Assembly: GCA_039794085.1 (NCBI GenBank)
Contig: JBDIWC010000013.1
Span: 20,401-84,400, forward strand
Length of the DNA stretch: 64,000 nucleotides
Direction: 5' to 3'
Source: Gemmatimonadales bacterium
GTDB lineage: Bacteria > Gemmatimonadota > Gemmatimonadetes > Gemmatimonadales > GWC2-71-9
The notes under the pieces are model-generated. The model was not told the origin of the DNA. It ran no database searches and was given only the letters and a program-made list of their open reading frames with translations. This document shows positions 19,773 through 32,919 of this stretch, one piece after another; the stretch's first letter is position 1; each line of letters begins with the position of its first letter. Both the position numbers and the translations under genes were made by a program.

Positions 19773-19895
19773 TTACCGCTTGGACATCCTGCTGATTGCG
19801 ACAACCAGGAAGACCACCAGCAAGACTCCGATCACCGTCCACAGCCACATTCCGCCTCCCATCCAGCCATTCATCCAACCGCCATCATGATTCAT
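19773..19895 (-). CDS. 40-aa Met/Gly/Trp-rich single-TM peptide (absent from ORF track)
   Basis: MNHDGGWMNGWMGGGMWLWTVIGVLLVVFLVVAISRMSKR*; GGAG RBS; 36 nt upstream of copB. Confidence 0.7.
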   Translation of the reverse strand: MNHDGGWMNGWMGGGMWLWTVIGVLLVVFLVVAISRMSKR

Positions 19896-20170
19896 CGTCG
19901 ACTCCACTTGCGGGCGTTTCGGTCTCCCAACCCATGGACCACCCAGGCGGTCGCCGGTGATCGCGGTTCAGGCAGGGCATGTCGGTCCGCCGCCGAGTAC
20001 CGCTGCACCGCAGGACCAGCCACCGCGCAATTTTGGGCGCTCGGGCCGCGGAAGCCATCCATCAAAGGGATGAGAACCACACGGAGGGAATCCCACTGGA
20101 CAGCGAGGTGGAGCGCCTCCCCGTGGTTGAACCCCTGCCCCGGATCGCTGCCGGCCGGCAGAACCACAGG

Positions 20171-20262
20171 AACCACGAAAGACACGAAAAGCACGAAAGG
20201 GTCAGCCGTTCACTGTTCACTGTTCACTGTTCACTGTTCACTGTTCATTGTTCACTGTTCAC
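20171..20262. repeat. REP half-site plus (GTTCACT)x8 heptamer tandem repeat
   Basis: aaccacgaaagacacgaaaagcacgaaa, then 8 heptamer units at 20208-20262; the last unit contains the ppa stop. Confidence 0.9.
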
Positions 20263-20858
20263 CCCATTCCCGCATAGTCCGCGATCGCCGCCTCCACCAC
20301 CCGCCGCGCGTGCGAGAGTCCATACACCTCCTGGACCTGGATGTTGGCCTCCTGCCCCGGCACCAGCTTGTAGGTCGCGAAGTAGTGCTCGATCCGCTCC
20401 ACCAGAACCTGAGGAAGATCGGCGACCTCCTCCACGCCGTGCCACACGTAGTCCCCCTCCAACACCGCGATGATCTTGTCGTCGGCTTCCCCCCGGTCGA
20501 GGAGCTGGATCCCGCCCACAACCCTCGCCGGCACGATCAGTTCCGCCCGGGTGATCGGTCGTTCGCTGATGACGCAGATGTCGAGCGGGTCGTGGTCCCC
20601 CCGCTGGGCACCGGGGCAGAGAGCCGCCACGGTCGGCCCGCACCAGGTGCGGGGAATGAACCCATAGAGGGCGGGCGGCTGCGACGAGGTGCGCTGCGGA
20701 CGATCCACCCGCAGGTACCCGCTCCCCTTGTCGATCTCGTACTTGATCAGGTCGAACGGAGTGATCTCGATGTAGGCGTTGACGAAGACGGGAGGCTCAC
20801 GACCCACATCAAGACCGTGCCAGGGGTGCGGACGCCATTGGGAGAAGGTGTCTTTCAT
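20259..20858 (-). CDS. ppa: Inorganic pyrophosphatase, family I
   Basis: HPWHG, IKYEIDK, YGFIPRT, DHDPLDI, DDKIIAV, FATYK. Confidence 0.93.
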   Translation of the reverse strand: MKDTFSQWRPHPWHGLDVGREPPVFVNAYIEITPFDLIKYEIDKGSGYLRVDRPQRTSSQPPALYGFIPRTWCGPTVAALCPGAQRGDHDPLDICVISERPITRAELIVPARVVGGIQLLDRGEADDKIIAVLEGDYVWHGVEEVADLPQVLVERIEHYFATYKLVPGQEANIQVQEVYGLSHARRVVEAAIADYAGMG

Positions 20859-21022
20859 GAGGCAAAGGTAACAGAACACCCCCCGTGTCAGCCGTCTGAC
20901 GGTACCCGGCTCACATGTGAATCCAATCGCGCGTCTGTCGTCGTATGCTTGGTAGTCACACTCCCCAGGGGTAGGACTCTCGACCCGACGGGGGACCATC
21001 ATCAGCGCCATGGAGGACCCTC

Positions 21023-21919
21023 ATGACCCGCCCATCCACCCCGTTCCGCATCGCCGCGGCCCTTCTCGTCGTCGCGGCAGCTGCGGCCTGCCAGTCCGGA
21101 GACCAGGCGGTACCGGACGATTCGTTGACCCGGGACCTCCAGTTGGTGCAGGCTGAGCCCCTTTATGACCTGAACGACGTGGCGGGGGCCCCCCCGGCCG
21201 AACCCTCGCCCCAAACCGCGCCACCGGCCAGGCCACCGGCTCCGAAGGTCACCCCTCCGCCGGTACCGGCCCCGGAGCCCGAGCCGGAACCCGAGCCGGA
21301 GCCGCTCCTGGCACCGGTTCCAATCCCGGAACTCCCCGATCCGGTCCTCGCCGAGACACCAGCCGATGCCCCGGCCCCCCTGCCCACGGCCAAGGCCGGG
21401 ACCAGCTTCAACGTGCAGGTGGCCACCAACATCTCGTCGCGCATCAACCGCCCCGGCGACGCCGTGACCGGCCGGGTGGCCTCCGACGTGACCGACGAGA
21501 ACGGGCAGGTCATCATCCCCGCCGGGAGTCTCATTCTGGGACGGATCTCGGACCTCCGCCAGCCCGACAGTCAGGGCCGAGGCGGACGGATCGAGCTCAC
21601 GTTCAACAGTGTCGTTGTGAACGGGGAATCCCACCCGATCGACGCCGTCACCCAGAACCTCCCGGTCGAGGTTCGGGACGCCGGCCGGACCGGACCCAGC
21701 ACCGCCTCCCGCGCGGGAACCGGCGCGGTCATCGGGGGAATACTCGGCAGCATCTTCGGGGGCCGGAAGGGAACGATCATCGGCGCCGGTGCCGGGGCGG
21801 CGGCCGGGGCGCTTTCGAATGGCGGGGAAAAACTCTTCGAGGTGGCGCTCGCGTCCAGCAACGTGGCGTGCGTGCTGAACGGCCCCTTCTCGCAGGCGTC
21901 GATTCTCCGGAGTTTCTAG
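21023..21919 (+). CDS. Lipoprotein with Pro-rich linker, beta domain and glycine zipper
   Basis: GGAGG RBS; AAAAC lipobox; PEPEPE linker; VIIPAGS; GAVIGGILG..GAGAGAAAG. Confidence 0.75.
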   Translation: MTRPSTPFRIAAALLVVAAAAACQSGDQAVPDDSLTRDLQLVQAEPLYDLNDVAGAPPAEPSPQTAPPARPPAPKVTPPPVPAPEPEPEPEPEPLLAPVPIPELPDPVLAETPADAPAPLPTAKAGTSFNVQVATNISSRINRPGDAVTGRVASDVTDENGQVIIPAGSLILGRISDLRQPDSQGRGGRIELTFNSVVVNGESHPIDAVTQNLPVEVRDAGRTGPSTASRAGTGAVIGGILGSIFGGRKGTIIGAGAGAAAGALSNGGEKLFEVALASSNVACVLNGPFSQASILRSF

Positions 21920-21980
21920 CAGGGGCGGCAGGCTCCTCGGGCGATGCCCTCGGGATGACGCCGTGGCGGTACCAGGGGGG

Positions 21981-22193
21981 TCACTCCGTTCCCAGGATCC
22001 TCCGCGCCTCTCCCGCATCACTCGCCCGGACCGCAAGCCGGGTCTCGGCCAGCAGTTGGAGGCTGGGCAGCATCCCTCCGGCGTCATCCGTCATGCTCAT
22101 GGACGGAATGCCGTGGGCCTCCAGCACCGACGCGTCCATCTCCGCCTCCGCCGGAAGCCCGTACCAGCCAATGACCACCACGTCGGAATCCAT
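21981..22193 (-). CDS. Small DUF2007-like (putative signal transducing) protein
   Basis: EAEMDASVLEAHGIPS..RLAVRASDAGEARRIL; TACAAT 6 nt upstream of ATG. Confidence 0.7.
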   Translation of the reverse strand: MDSDVVVIGWYGLPAEAEMDASVLEAHGIPSMSMTDDAGGMLPSLQLLAETRLAVRASDAGEARRILGTE

Positions 22194-22245
22194 GCCTGAA
22201 TTGTACCCGGTTCCCGTTGCCGGTGACGATCCTTCCGCCGGAGGG

Positions 22246-25107
<2,862 letters not shown>

Positions 25108-25305
25108 TCAGCTCCGGAGAGACAGGACGGACCATTTCTTCAGCATGTCAACCAGTATAATCAGATTCTGCCTTCACGCGTCGAGTCCGGGCGGTCGGGC
25201 GGCAAGTCCGTCAGGGCACGACACAAGGTAGGAGCCTGTCACTCTGTGGGATACCAGGTCCGTCGGGTGCAGGTGGGGAGTCAGCAAGCCTCCGGGCCGT
25301 GTCCG

Positions 25306-26073
25306 TCAGGGCTGTCGGAGCCGTTCGATCTGCTGCCGGATGAACCCCTTCTGCTGTTCCGGCGCCAGGGCCAGCGCCCGTTCCATCGTCGCGATCCCTT
25401 CCGCACGGTTTCCGGCCTGGGACTGGGCCGAGCCGAGGGCCAGGAGGCCCTGCACCGACTCCCCGTTCGCCTCCAGCTCGAGCTGGGCCATCCGGATCGC
25501 CGCGGCCGACTTCCCCTCCCCCGCCAGGCGCTGAGAGAGGCCGACCAGGGTCGGGGTCGAGAAATCCCAGGTGAATCCGCCATAGGCCTGCTGACGGAGA
25601 CGTTGGTACTGGGCCACCGCCTGGTCCACCCCGGCGCTGTCGATGGTCGCGGCCAGCACCTCCCCCAGCATCACCGGCTTGCTGTTGCCCCGATGACAGG
25701 TGACGCAGGTGACCTCCACCCGGCTCGACGCGGGCACGCCGAGCTCGGTGAGCTTCTCCAGGTGGGTGCGGTTGATCGCGTCCACCATCTCGTACATGAT
25801 CCGGGCTTTTTCCTTGGCCGGTTTGTCGTCCGACTCGAAATCAAAGTTGGCGAGGTTTCCTCCCTCCCCCACGTGGCAGAACTCACAACGGACGCCGAGC
25901 GCCTGGGTGTAGCCCCGCATGATCTGGCCCAGGGCTTGGCCTTTCGCTTCCGCGGGGAGGACCTGGATGTTCTTCGGTTCCTCGGGCCAGCGGAACCCCT
26001 GGGCGGCCACCGGCCCTGCCAGGAGGGGGAGGAGGGTACACGCCGCGAACAGGGTGGGGACGAGCGGTCGCAT
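25306..26073 (-). CDS. Secreted diheme c-type cytochrome with TPR tail
   Basis: Signal peptide; CEFCH and CVTCH; KNIQVL and ARIMYEMV resemble the reaction-centre cytochrome c family. Confidence 0.8.
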   Translation of the reverse strand: MRPLVPTLFAACTLLPLLAGPVAAQGFRWPEEPKNIQVLPAEAKGQALGQIMRGYTQALGVRCEFCHVGEGGNLANFDFESDDKPAKEKARIMYEMVDAINRTHLEKLTELGVPASSRVEVTCVTCHRGNSKPVMLGEVLAATIDSAGVDQAVAQYQRLRQQAYGGFTWDFSTPTLVGLSQRLAGEGKSAAAIRMAQLELEANGESVQGLLALGSAQSQAGNRAEGIATMERALALAPEQQKGFIRQQIERLRQP

Positions 26074-26241
26074 CGGGTTCAGCTCCACAGACGGGGGGGA
26101 GAGGCCAAGGGCTTCTCTCTCCATTACGGCCGGAGGGGCCTCCACGTTTCGTCCGCCCTCCACTCCTGCCTCCTCATCCGGCCCCAATCCGGACGACAGT
26201 CCTCCACCCCGGGTACCTTCAGACCCTGGTGTACTGTTTTT

Positions 26242-26395
26242 ACATGGATGAACAGGATGAACAGGATGTTGATCACTCACGCATACTCTGGGTTTATCGA
26301 TCCTTACGGGTCTTTTTCTTGTGAAACGTGCGATCCCAGCGGGCCGGGGACGAGTTGTCGCACGTACGAATCCTGTTCATCCTGTGTATCCATGT
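26242..26395. repeat. REP-like inverted repeat of GGATGAACA 9-mers
   Basis: acatggatgaacaggatgaacaggat ... atcctgttcatcctgtgtatccatgt. Confidence 0.8.
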
Positions 26396-26487
26396 CTTCT
26401 CCTCGAAGGACAGGCACCCGTCTCCTCCGGGCGCCCCCGAGGCCCACATGCGCTGCGCATGGTGGGGGGGCGACGAGAAAAGCCTGC

Positions 26488-27729
26488 CTACGGGCGATGC
26501 TTGACCAGCCGATAGACCCGCACGTGCGGCACGTCGTCCTCGTCACGCCAGACTCCCACCACGCGATCGGTCCCGATCTCGGTGATCTGCACATTGGGCA
26601 GTTCCGCGGTCGCCAGGATGGCTCCCTCCGGGTTGAACACGAGCCATGTGGTGAGGGTGTCCTCCGCAGGGAAAGGCCGGTAATTCTCCACCCAGACATT
26701 TCCCGACCGATCGGTTCGGAGGTCCCCGTGGGGTGGAAAGGCCTCGGGAAGGGTCGAGTACTCTGCCACCGTCAGCACTGCAGGCGGGACCGGAGGTCCG
26801 GTGCGCAATCGTTCGAGGCGTTCATCGTGCTCCCGTTGCCATGCTTCCCTCGAGGTGGCCGAGACTATCACCGGCTCCACGCGCCTCCGAATGATTCGGT
26901 GGAGACGACCGCTCTTGAGATAGGCGCGGATCTCGTAGGAGTCCTGCGTACTCACGTAGAAGACGGTGTTGGCGTCGGCAATCACGGTTCGAAGTCCAAA
27001 GGGTGCAACGCCAGGGGCAATTACCCTCGGCCCAACTGCCCGAAGCTCCTGAGTTCCGGGGAACCGCCCCACTGATGTGCTGGAAGAACCATCCGGAGAG
27101 ATGAGCAACAACTCGATTGAGTCTCTGACCAGACCTGTAGTGAGCTTGGTGGGATCATTCTCAGCGGCCAGGCTGACGATGCGGCGCCTGAAGAGCACAG
27201 AGCCGTCCTCGAACTGACCCTGGACGGACCCCACCGGCACAGACTCCAAGGAAACGATCTTGTCCAAGGTCCCATCGGCGAAGAAGCGGGAGAGGCGCCG
27301 CAGGGAGAAGTCGTATGCTGCCATGCCTCCGGACGGATCGACACCGACCCAGGCCAGAGTCTCAAACTCACCAGGCCCCTTCCCCCTTCTCCCAAAACGC
27401 CTGGCGAGGCTTCCCGTTGAGTCGAATATCCGAAAGTCGCGCGTGTCCCCGTCCGCAATAAGCAGATCGCCCCGTGGTAGCATGCCCGCTTGGACGATTC
27501 TCGAGAAGAGGTATGCCTCGTCGCCTTCCGACTTGCCGACATCCAACAGGGACATCGGTTCGAGTGACCATCGCTCTACTCCCGAGGGAACCTCCGGGCC
27601 GTGCTCGATAATCACGACGCCGGCACTGTCGCGTACCGCCATTCCCGTGCGGCCTGGCTCAGAGTCACAACCTGCAATCGCAATCAGGACGAAGAGACAA
27701 CCGGATCTTGTAGTCGCCTTGAGGTTCAC
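26488..27729 (-). CDS. Six-bladed beta-propeller lipoprotein
   Basis: IAGC lipobox, VRDSAGVVI, FGRRGKGPGEF, RDEDDVPHVRVY; GTG start chosen tentatively. Confidence 0.8.
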   Translation of the reverse strand: MNLKATTRSGCLFVLIAIAGCDSEPGRTGMAVRDSAGVVIIEHGPEVPSGVERWSLEPMSLLDVGKSEGDEAYLFSRIVQAGMLPRGDLLIADGDTRDFRIFDSTGSLARRFGRRGKGPGEFETLAWVGVDPSGGMAAYDFSLRRLSRFFADGTLDKIVSLESVPVGSVQGQFEDGSVLFRRRIVSLAAENDPTKLTTGLVRDSIELLLISPDGSSSTSVGRFPGTQELRAVGPRVIAPGVAPFGLRTVIADANTVFYVSTQDSYEIRAYLKSGRLHRIIRRRVEPVIVSATSREAWQREHDERLERLRTGPPVPPAVLTVAEYSTLPEAFPPHGDLRTDRSGNVWVENYRPFPAEDTLTTWLVFNPEGAILATAELPNVQITEIGTDRVVGVWRDEDDVPHVRVYRLVKHRP

Positions 27730-28020
27730 GATACTCTCGCTCGGTAGAGTGAAGTGGATCGAGGGTAACCCATCAACCAACGGGCAAGGCTCCGTGCTGG
27801 TGGAACAGCACCAGTGCCATTTCACCTCGCTCCAGAACATGGGACCGCCATAAGTGCGAAACCTCGCAGGGAACAAGATGCCGAGCCGGTGGCGGCGACT
27901 CACACTCCTCTCCGTGGACCGTCTGTCTACGCGGCGAAGGCGCCCGAACGCACACGGTCGCGCATGGATCCGCTCCACCCCCCGCTCCCTCTGGATATCG
28001 GATCGCCATCCACCAACTCC

Positions 28021-28515
28021 TCAACCACCGGCTCCTCCCACACTCTTCGGTCGAGGGGCGCTTCGAACTGTGAACAGCAGGATGCTCCCCTCTCGCGTCA
28101 CCTCAAGCGGGAAGGTGTCATCAGTGTGCTTGGGAGATTGAAGCGCGATGAGAACGCCGGGGGCGTGGGGGGGAACCCCATTGACTGAAAGAATCTCGTC
28201 CCCTTCCCTCAGGCCGGTGGTGGCCGCAGGAGATTCGCAGAGGATGCTTCCAACGAAGAACCGAAGCCGCCGAGCGAGGTCAGCGCGATCGGCGTCACGC
28301 TCTACCGTGCCCGTGAAGCGGATGAAGATTCCAGTGTAGTATGCCAGGGGCGGTCCGTTCCTGCGCCCGATCACACCCCCCTCCAACCTCGCCTGGAACT
28401 CCTCCCACGTGACACACCCCGCGCGAGCCTCCTGGCCCTGAGCCGTCACGACGGAGAGCGTCAACAAGAACAGGAACGTCAGCAAGCCACATTGCGCAAT
28501 GACAGAACACCTCAC
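28021..28515 (-). CDS. Secreted PDZ-domain protein
   Basis: Signal peptide; ESPAATTGLREGDEILSVNG; start uncertain. Confidence 0.65.
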   Translation of the reverse strand: MRCSVIAQCGLLTFLFLLTLSVVTAQGQEARAGCVTWEEFQARLEGGVIGRRNGPPLAYYTGIFIRFTGTVERDADRADLARRLRFFVGSILCESPAATTGLREGDEILSVNGVPPHAPGVLIALQSPKHTDDTFPLEVTREGSILLFTVRSAPRPKSVGGAGG

Positions 28516-28778
28516 CGTCCACTGTTTCTGATATGCAGGTGACTGTGATGCCGTGAGTCTTCTGTCTGCAAGGAGAGCCTGCGGACATGTTCTCCGGCTC
28601 ACGCTTTTATCCATCCTTCCAGTATATCGCCCTCTCACATCCCGGTCCAGGCCCCCCTTTCCAGGTGATCGGACACCCCCTGGTTTGGTCCACTCCTGCT
28701 TCTGCACTCCGGGCTGATGCCCCGCAAGCGGCGCACCCCCTGAGGTACAGGCACGGCGCCGCCGTTACCCTTCTGCTT

Positions 28779-31106
28779 CTACATCCTGAAAAGGTAGCTC
28801 ACCTTCCCGAAGAACCCGTCACGGGTCCGCTGCAGATCCCGGAACCGGAACTCCTGCGCCTCCTCCAGCGTGGCCCCGTATCCCAACGTGAGCAGGGTGC
28901 CGGGGGTCGGGCGGTAGCTGAAGAGCCAGTCCATCCGGAACTCGTTGCTCACACTTCCCGTGTCCGCCACACCGCCCACCAGAATCGGGCTGCCCTCCCG
29001 GTCCCGGAGAGCGGAGCGGGACTGGGCGGTGTACTGGCCGATGAAACGCACGAACACCGACCGCGTCATCTGGTACTCCAGCTTGAGCCGCGGGATGGTC
29101 TCGGTGGAGAACCGGCTCCCGTCGGTGCGTCGATCGAGAGTGAGTCGGGTGAACTGCAGCGCCCCGCGGAGCGCACTCGTGGGCCGGAGGTCCACCACCA
29201 CGTCCACTCGGCTGCTCCGGCCCGGCGCCGCCTCCCGGAAAATCGGCGTCCGGCCGAGCGACACATTGGCCGTCGCGGTGAACTGCCGAAAGGTGGGAGT
29301 CGTGACCCGGAGCGACCCACCCCACTGGTTCCGTTCCTGGCCGGGAACAGTGAAGGGTACCTCGATGCCGTTCCGGAGTACCGTCACCCCCTGAAAGTTC
29401 CCGGGTTCGAAGGAGAAAAAGTTCCGTGAGACCGACCCGCCGAACTGCCAGCCACCCCGCAGTGTCATGGAGGGAGAGACCGACTCTCCCCCTTCGATCG
29501 CGCCGTCGCCCGGGGAGTCGTAGTCCCAGAGCCGGCTGAATGTGAAGAACGCTCCGTAGGTCTGCACCAACGCGTCCGGTCCCCCGTATCCGGTGAGCCG
29601 ATTGGAAAACCGTCCCTCCAGGAACCCGGTGCGGTTCACGAACCCCGACGCTGCCCGGAATCCCGGCGCGATCGCCTTGAAGGAATGGTTGAAACCCCAC
29701 GACCGGCCGGTCCGGTCCCAGGTGACATCGAACAGAGGCCCGTTGCTTGACACGCCGGCGCTGTCGGTCCATGCCTGCACGGCCTGCACCTCCACGAAAT
29801 AGAGGTCGTCGTGGTAGAGACGGACGTCGGCGCCCACGAGCCGCGAGTGATCCGGCCCATCCTCCCGCACGGTGGTGATCCCTCCCAGCGTCGAGTTGCG
29901 CCCGATGTCGCTCCGAAGCCGAACGATGCCGAACACCGGCGTGGAGGATCCGTTCCACGACTGGTTGTCGCTGTCGATCGCCGTGAGCGCCGCAATGTTG
30001 GTTCGGCCCAGCTTCCCCGCCACCTTCACACCGACGTCCGGATTCACCACCCGGCGCGTGTGAATCAACCGGTTCGGGGTGTCGAACAGCTCCAGGCCGT
30101 CCAGGAAGAAGGGGCGCTTGTCGGGAAAGAAGAGCGCGAACCGTTCGTTCAGCACCACCTGCCCCACGTCCGCCTCCACCTGAGAGAAGTCGGGGTTGGC
30201 CGTGGCATTGAGTGTGAGACTCTGACGGATCCCCCACCGAACGTCACCGCTGAACTCCTGTGCGGTGTCGTAGTCGTAGCCGCCATGGCCGTCCGGAGCA
30301 CCGTCGGCCCGAGCGGTGGAGGTGGGGGTGATCTCCAGCAGCAGACCGCGCCGGATGTCCCGCAGCCCTTCCAGAGCCCCCGACTGGCCGAGGAAGCTGG
30401 CATTGCCGCGCACCGCGGGCGCCCAGGTGTCCTGAAAACCACTGTGCTGGATCCGGCGCAACACCTGGATCCCCCACGTCTGCACCTGGGCCTCCTGGTA
30501 CCGGAGACTCTTGAAGGGGATCCGGATCTCCACCTCGTAGCCGTCCGCCACCAGCCGACCCCGGGACTCGAAGATGAAATCGGGATTGAGATCGGTATTG
30601 CCGTCGAGGAAGTTCCCGGTCCCGATCCCTCCGCCTGTTGTCGAGCCACCTCCGGCTCCCCCTCCGAACTGGTCGCTCCGGGTTCCGTCCTGCTGCACGC
30701 CAAGGGCATTCGCACCGAAGAGAAAGGCGAGGCGCCGGTCGTTGTTGGTGTCGAGGAGGATCTGGACATGGTCCTCGCTCCCGATGTTGTCTCGATTGGC
30801 CCGCGTGGCGCGGACCACGTCCCCATGGACCTCCGTGGCCCGGATCCCGAACCAGATCGCGTCCGGAGCATACCACACCAGAACCTCTGTCGGCTCCTCA
30901 GCGGGCCGCCCATCCACCGGCTGGAACTGGGAGAAGCCGGTGAGCCGAGCGGCACGCTGCCAGACCGGTTCGTCGAGGACACCATCCACGGTGGCGGTCG
31001 CCTCGATCCGTGGGGGTTGGACGCTGATTTCGCCTGCAGAGCCTCGGTAAACGGAACCGGTGTCCTGCGGGAGGAGTACCATCAAGGAGAGGAGGGCCGA
31101 TGTCAT
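28779..31106 (-). CDS. CBM9-like domain + DUF5916-like outer membrane barrel
   Basis: VDGVLDEPVW, EIRIPFKSLRY, NPDFSQVEAD, FFPDKRPFF; C-terminal SYLFR. Confidence 0.85.
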   Translation of the reverse strand: MTSALLSLMVLLPQDTGSVYRGSAGEISVQPPRIEATATVDGVLDEPVWQRAARLTGFSQFQPVDGRPAEEPTEVLVWYAPDAIWFGIRATEVHGDVVRATRANRDNIGSEDHVQILLDTNNDRRLAFLFGANALGVQQDGTRSDQFGGGAGGGSTTGGGIGTGNFLDGNTDLNPDFIFESRGRLVADGYEVEIRIPFKSLRYQEAQVQTWGIQVLRRIQHSGFQDTWAPAVRGNASFLGQSGALEGLRDIRRGLLLEITPTSTARADGAPDGHGGYDYDTAQEFSGDVRWGIRQSLTLNATANPDFSQVEADVGQVVLNERFALFFPDKRPFFLDGLELFDTPNRLIHTRRVVNPDVGVKVAGKLGRTNIAALTAIDSDNQSWNGSSTPVFGIVRLRSDIGRNSTLGGITTVREDGPDHSRLVGADVRLYHDDLYFVEVQAVQAWTDSAGVSSNGPLFDVTWDRTGRSWGFNHSFKAIAPGFRAASGFVNRTGFLEGRFSNRLTGYGGPDALVQTYGAFFTFSRLWDYDSPGDGAIEGGESVSPSMTLRGGWQFGGSVSRNFFSFEPGNFQGVTVLRNGIEVPFTVPGQERNQWGGSLRVTTPTFRQFTATANVSLGRTPIFREAAPGRSSRVDVVVDLRPTSALRGALQFTRLTLDRRTDGSRFSTETIPRLKLEYQMTRSVFVRFIGQYTAQSRSALRDREGSPILVGGVADTGSVSNEFRMDWLFSYRPTPGTLLTLGYGATLEEAQEFRFRDLQRTRDGFFGKVSYLFRM

Positions 31107-31268
31107 GAGGGTGACTAATCTACCATGACCCCATGGCCCGGGTCGATTGGCTTGGCCGGGAGATGCTGCACTGTACGAATATTGTACAGTACGGCTTTTG
31201 ATCTGGCGCGCCGAACGGAGATTTCGTATTGTCAGGGATCAAACTGATCCCTCTTTCAGGGAGGCACC

Positions 31269-31925
31269 ATGAGTACCGGAGAAACTTCAGGAACTGGGTC
31301 CAAGGCAAAGATCATCGCCATCATTCTGTCCCTCGCCGTCGTGGGGGTCGTGGCCGCCAACGTCATGACCGGAGGGGGACCGGGCGGCGGACCCTCCGAA
31401 GTTGATGTCACGATTTCGACCGGGGAGACCATCGTTGGGGCACTGGACCGGGGGATCACCACCGAGGGAGGGGAGACCGGTACCCCCGTCGGGCTGACCC
31501 TCTCCGAGCCCATGGATCTCGGGGGCGGACACTTCCTTCCCGAGGGGACCCGGGTCCGGGGTGAGGTGACCCACACCCAGGGCGGTGGCCGGATGGGCGG
31601 AGCTCCCGAGTTGACCATTCGCTTCAGCACCCTCGTGGTCGACGGGGAGGACTATTCCATCCAGGCCGAGCCATTCCGCCTCAAGGGAAAGAGTGACACG
31701 AAGGAGACGGTGGCCGAGATTGGCGGAGGGGCGATTCTCGGCGGGGTGGTCGGGGCTGTCACGGGAGCGGGAACCCTCGAAGGGGCTGCGGTCGGAGCGG
31801 TGCTGGGCACCGGGGTGGCGGTGGTCACCAAGGGAGACCAGATTGTCCTGCCCAGCGGCCAGAAGCTCCGGGTACGGTTGACCGAACCGGTCACGATCCG
31901 TCGGCCGGTGCCGTCGGAGGGCTGA
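31269..31925 (+). CDS. Membrane-anchored glycine-zipper protein (related to 21023-21919)
   Basis: GGAGG RBS; N-terminal TM; LPEGTRVRGEV; GGGAILGGVVG; LPSGQKLRVRL. Confidence 0.75.
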   Translation: MSTGETSGTGSKAKIIAIILSLAVVGVVAANVMTGGGPGGGPSEVDVTISTGETIVGALDRGITTEGGETGTPVGLTLSEPMDLGGGHFLPEGTRVRGEVTHTQGGGRMGGAPELTIRFSTLVVDGEDYSIQAEPFRLKGKSDTKETVAEIGGGAILGGVVGAVTGAGTLEGAAVGAVLGTGVAVVTKGDQIVLPSGQKLRVRLTEPVTIRRPVPSEG

Positions 31926-32019
31926 CGCTCAAGGGAACCACGGGGAGCCGGACATCGTGGCGGCTCCTCACCTTGCCGAACCGGTTCCGGGTGGCGACCT
32001 TCGGGGCAGGAGGAGTCCC

Positions 32020-32916
32020 ATGTCTTCACAGACCCCGATCGACCCCATTGTCGCCGCGCGTCACCCTCATCCCCAGGCCAAGGATGACGACCTCGACGTC
32101 GCCGGCCTCACCGACCAGGGGAAACGCCGCAAGACCAACCAGGACCATTTCCTGATCTGTTCGCTGCACAAGGCGATGCGGGTCCGTGGCACCAGTCTCC
32201 CCCACCCGGAGTCTCTGGAGATCCCGAGCGAGCGGCTCGCCCTCTTTGCCATGGTGGCCGATGGCGTTGGATCGACCAAGGGCGGAGGGGAGGCCAGCCG
32301 GGCCGCGCTCGAAACCGTGGCGACCTACGCCACTCAGACCATGAATTGCTATTACGCTTCCGACCCGGGATCGGTGGAATCGTTCCTCGAGGGTCTACGC
32401 CAGGTCGCTGAGGAGGTCCAGGCATCGGTTATTGCCCGCGGGGAGCGGGATCCTGACCTGGCCGGGCTTGCCACCACCCTTACCATCGCGATCAGCGTGT
32501 GGCCCTCACTCTACCTGCTGCACGTCGGAGACAGCAGGGCCTATCTCTTTCGGGATGGCGCCCTGCGGCAGCTCACCCGCGACCAGACGCTGGCGCAGGA
32601 GCTGGTCGACAGTGGTGCCATGCCACCCGACCGCGTCGAGAAGAGCCCCTTCGCGCACGTGCTGTCGAGCGCAGTGGGCGGGGAATCGCACCCCATCGTG
32701 GAGCGCTTCGATTCCGAACCGAAGGATGTCGTGATGCTCTGCACCGACGGGCTCACCAAGCATGTCTCGGATGCACGGATCGCCGAGGTACTCGGCTCGA
32801 TGGAGTCGGCCGAGCAGGCGTGTCGCATCCTCGTGGACGAGGCGCTGGAGGCGGGAGGGACCGACAACGTGACGGTCTTTGTGGGCCGGGGTCGCCGGGG
32901 CCGGATGCGGGGGTGA
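32020..32916 (+). CDS. PP2C-family Ser/Thr protein phosphatase
   Basis: TDQGKRRKTNQD, VADGVG, HVGDSRAY, LCTDGL, GGTDNVT. Confidence 0.92.
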   Translation: MSSQTPIDPIVAARHPHPQAKDDDLDVAGLTDQGKRRKTNQDHFLICSLHKAMRVRGTSLPHPESLEIPSERLALFAMVADGVGSTKGGGEASRAALETVATYATQTMNCYYASDPGSVESFLEGLRQVAEEVQASVIARGERDPDLAGLATTLTIAISVWPSLYLLHVGDSRAYLFRDGALRQLTRDQTLAQELVDSGAMPPDRVEKSPFAHVLSSAVGGESHPIVERFDSEPKDVVMLCTDGLTKHVSDARIAEVLGSMESAEQACRILVDEALEAGGTDNVTVFVGRGRRGRMRG

Positions 32917-32919
32917 CGG

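Noticed and set aside
19900..20160. ORF 19892-20194 between copB leader and repeats
   Set aside because: Its start lies inside a repeat and it shows no recognisable motif
20208..20262. Tandem repeats as a CRISPR array (also 34294-34372, 63683-63710)
   Set aside because: 7-bp units without spacers; no cas genes in the window
25306..26073. PufC / evidence of phototrophy
   Set aside because: Only two heme motifs plus a TPR tail, and no puf or bch genes nearby
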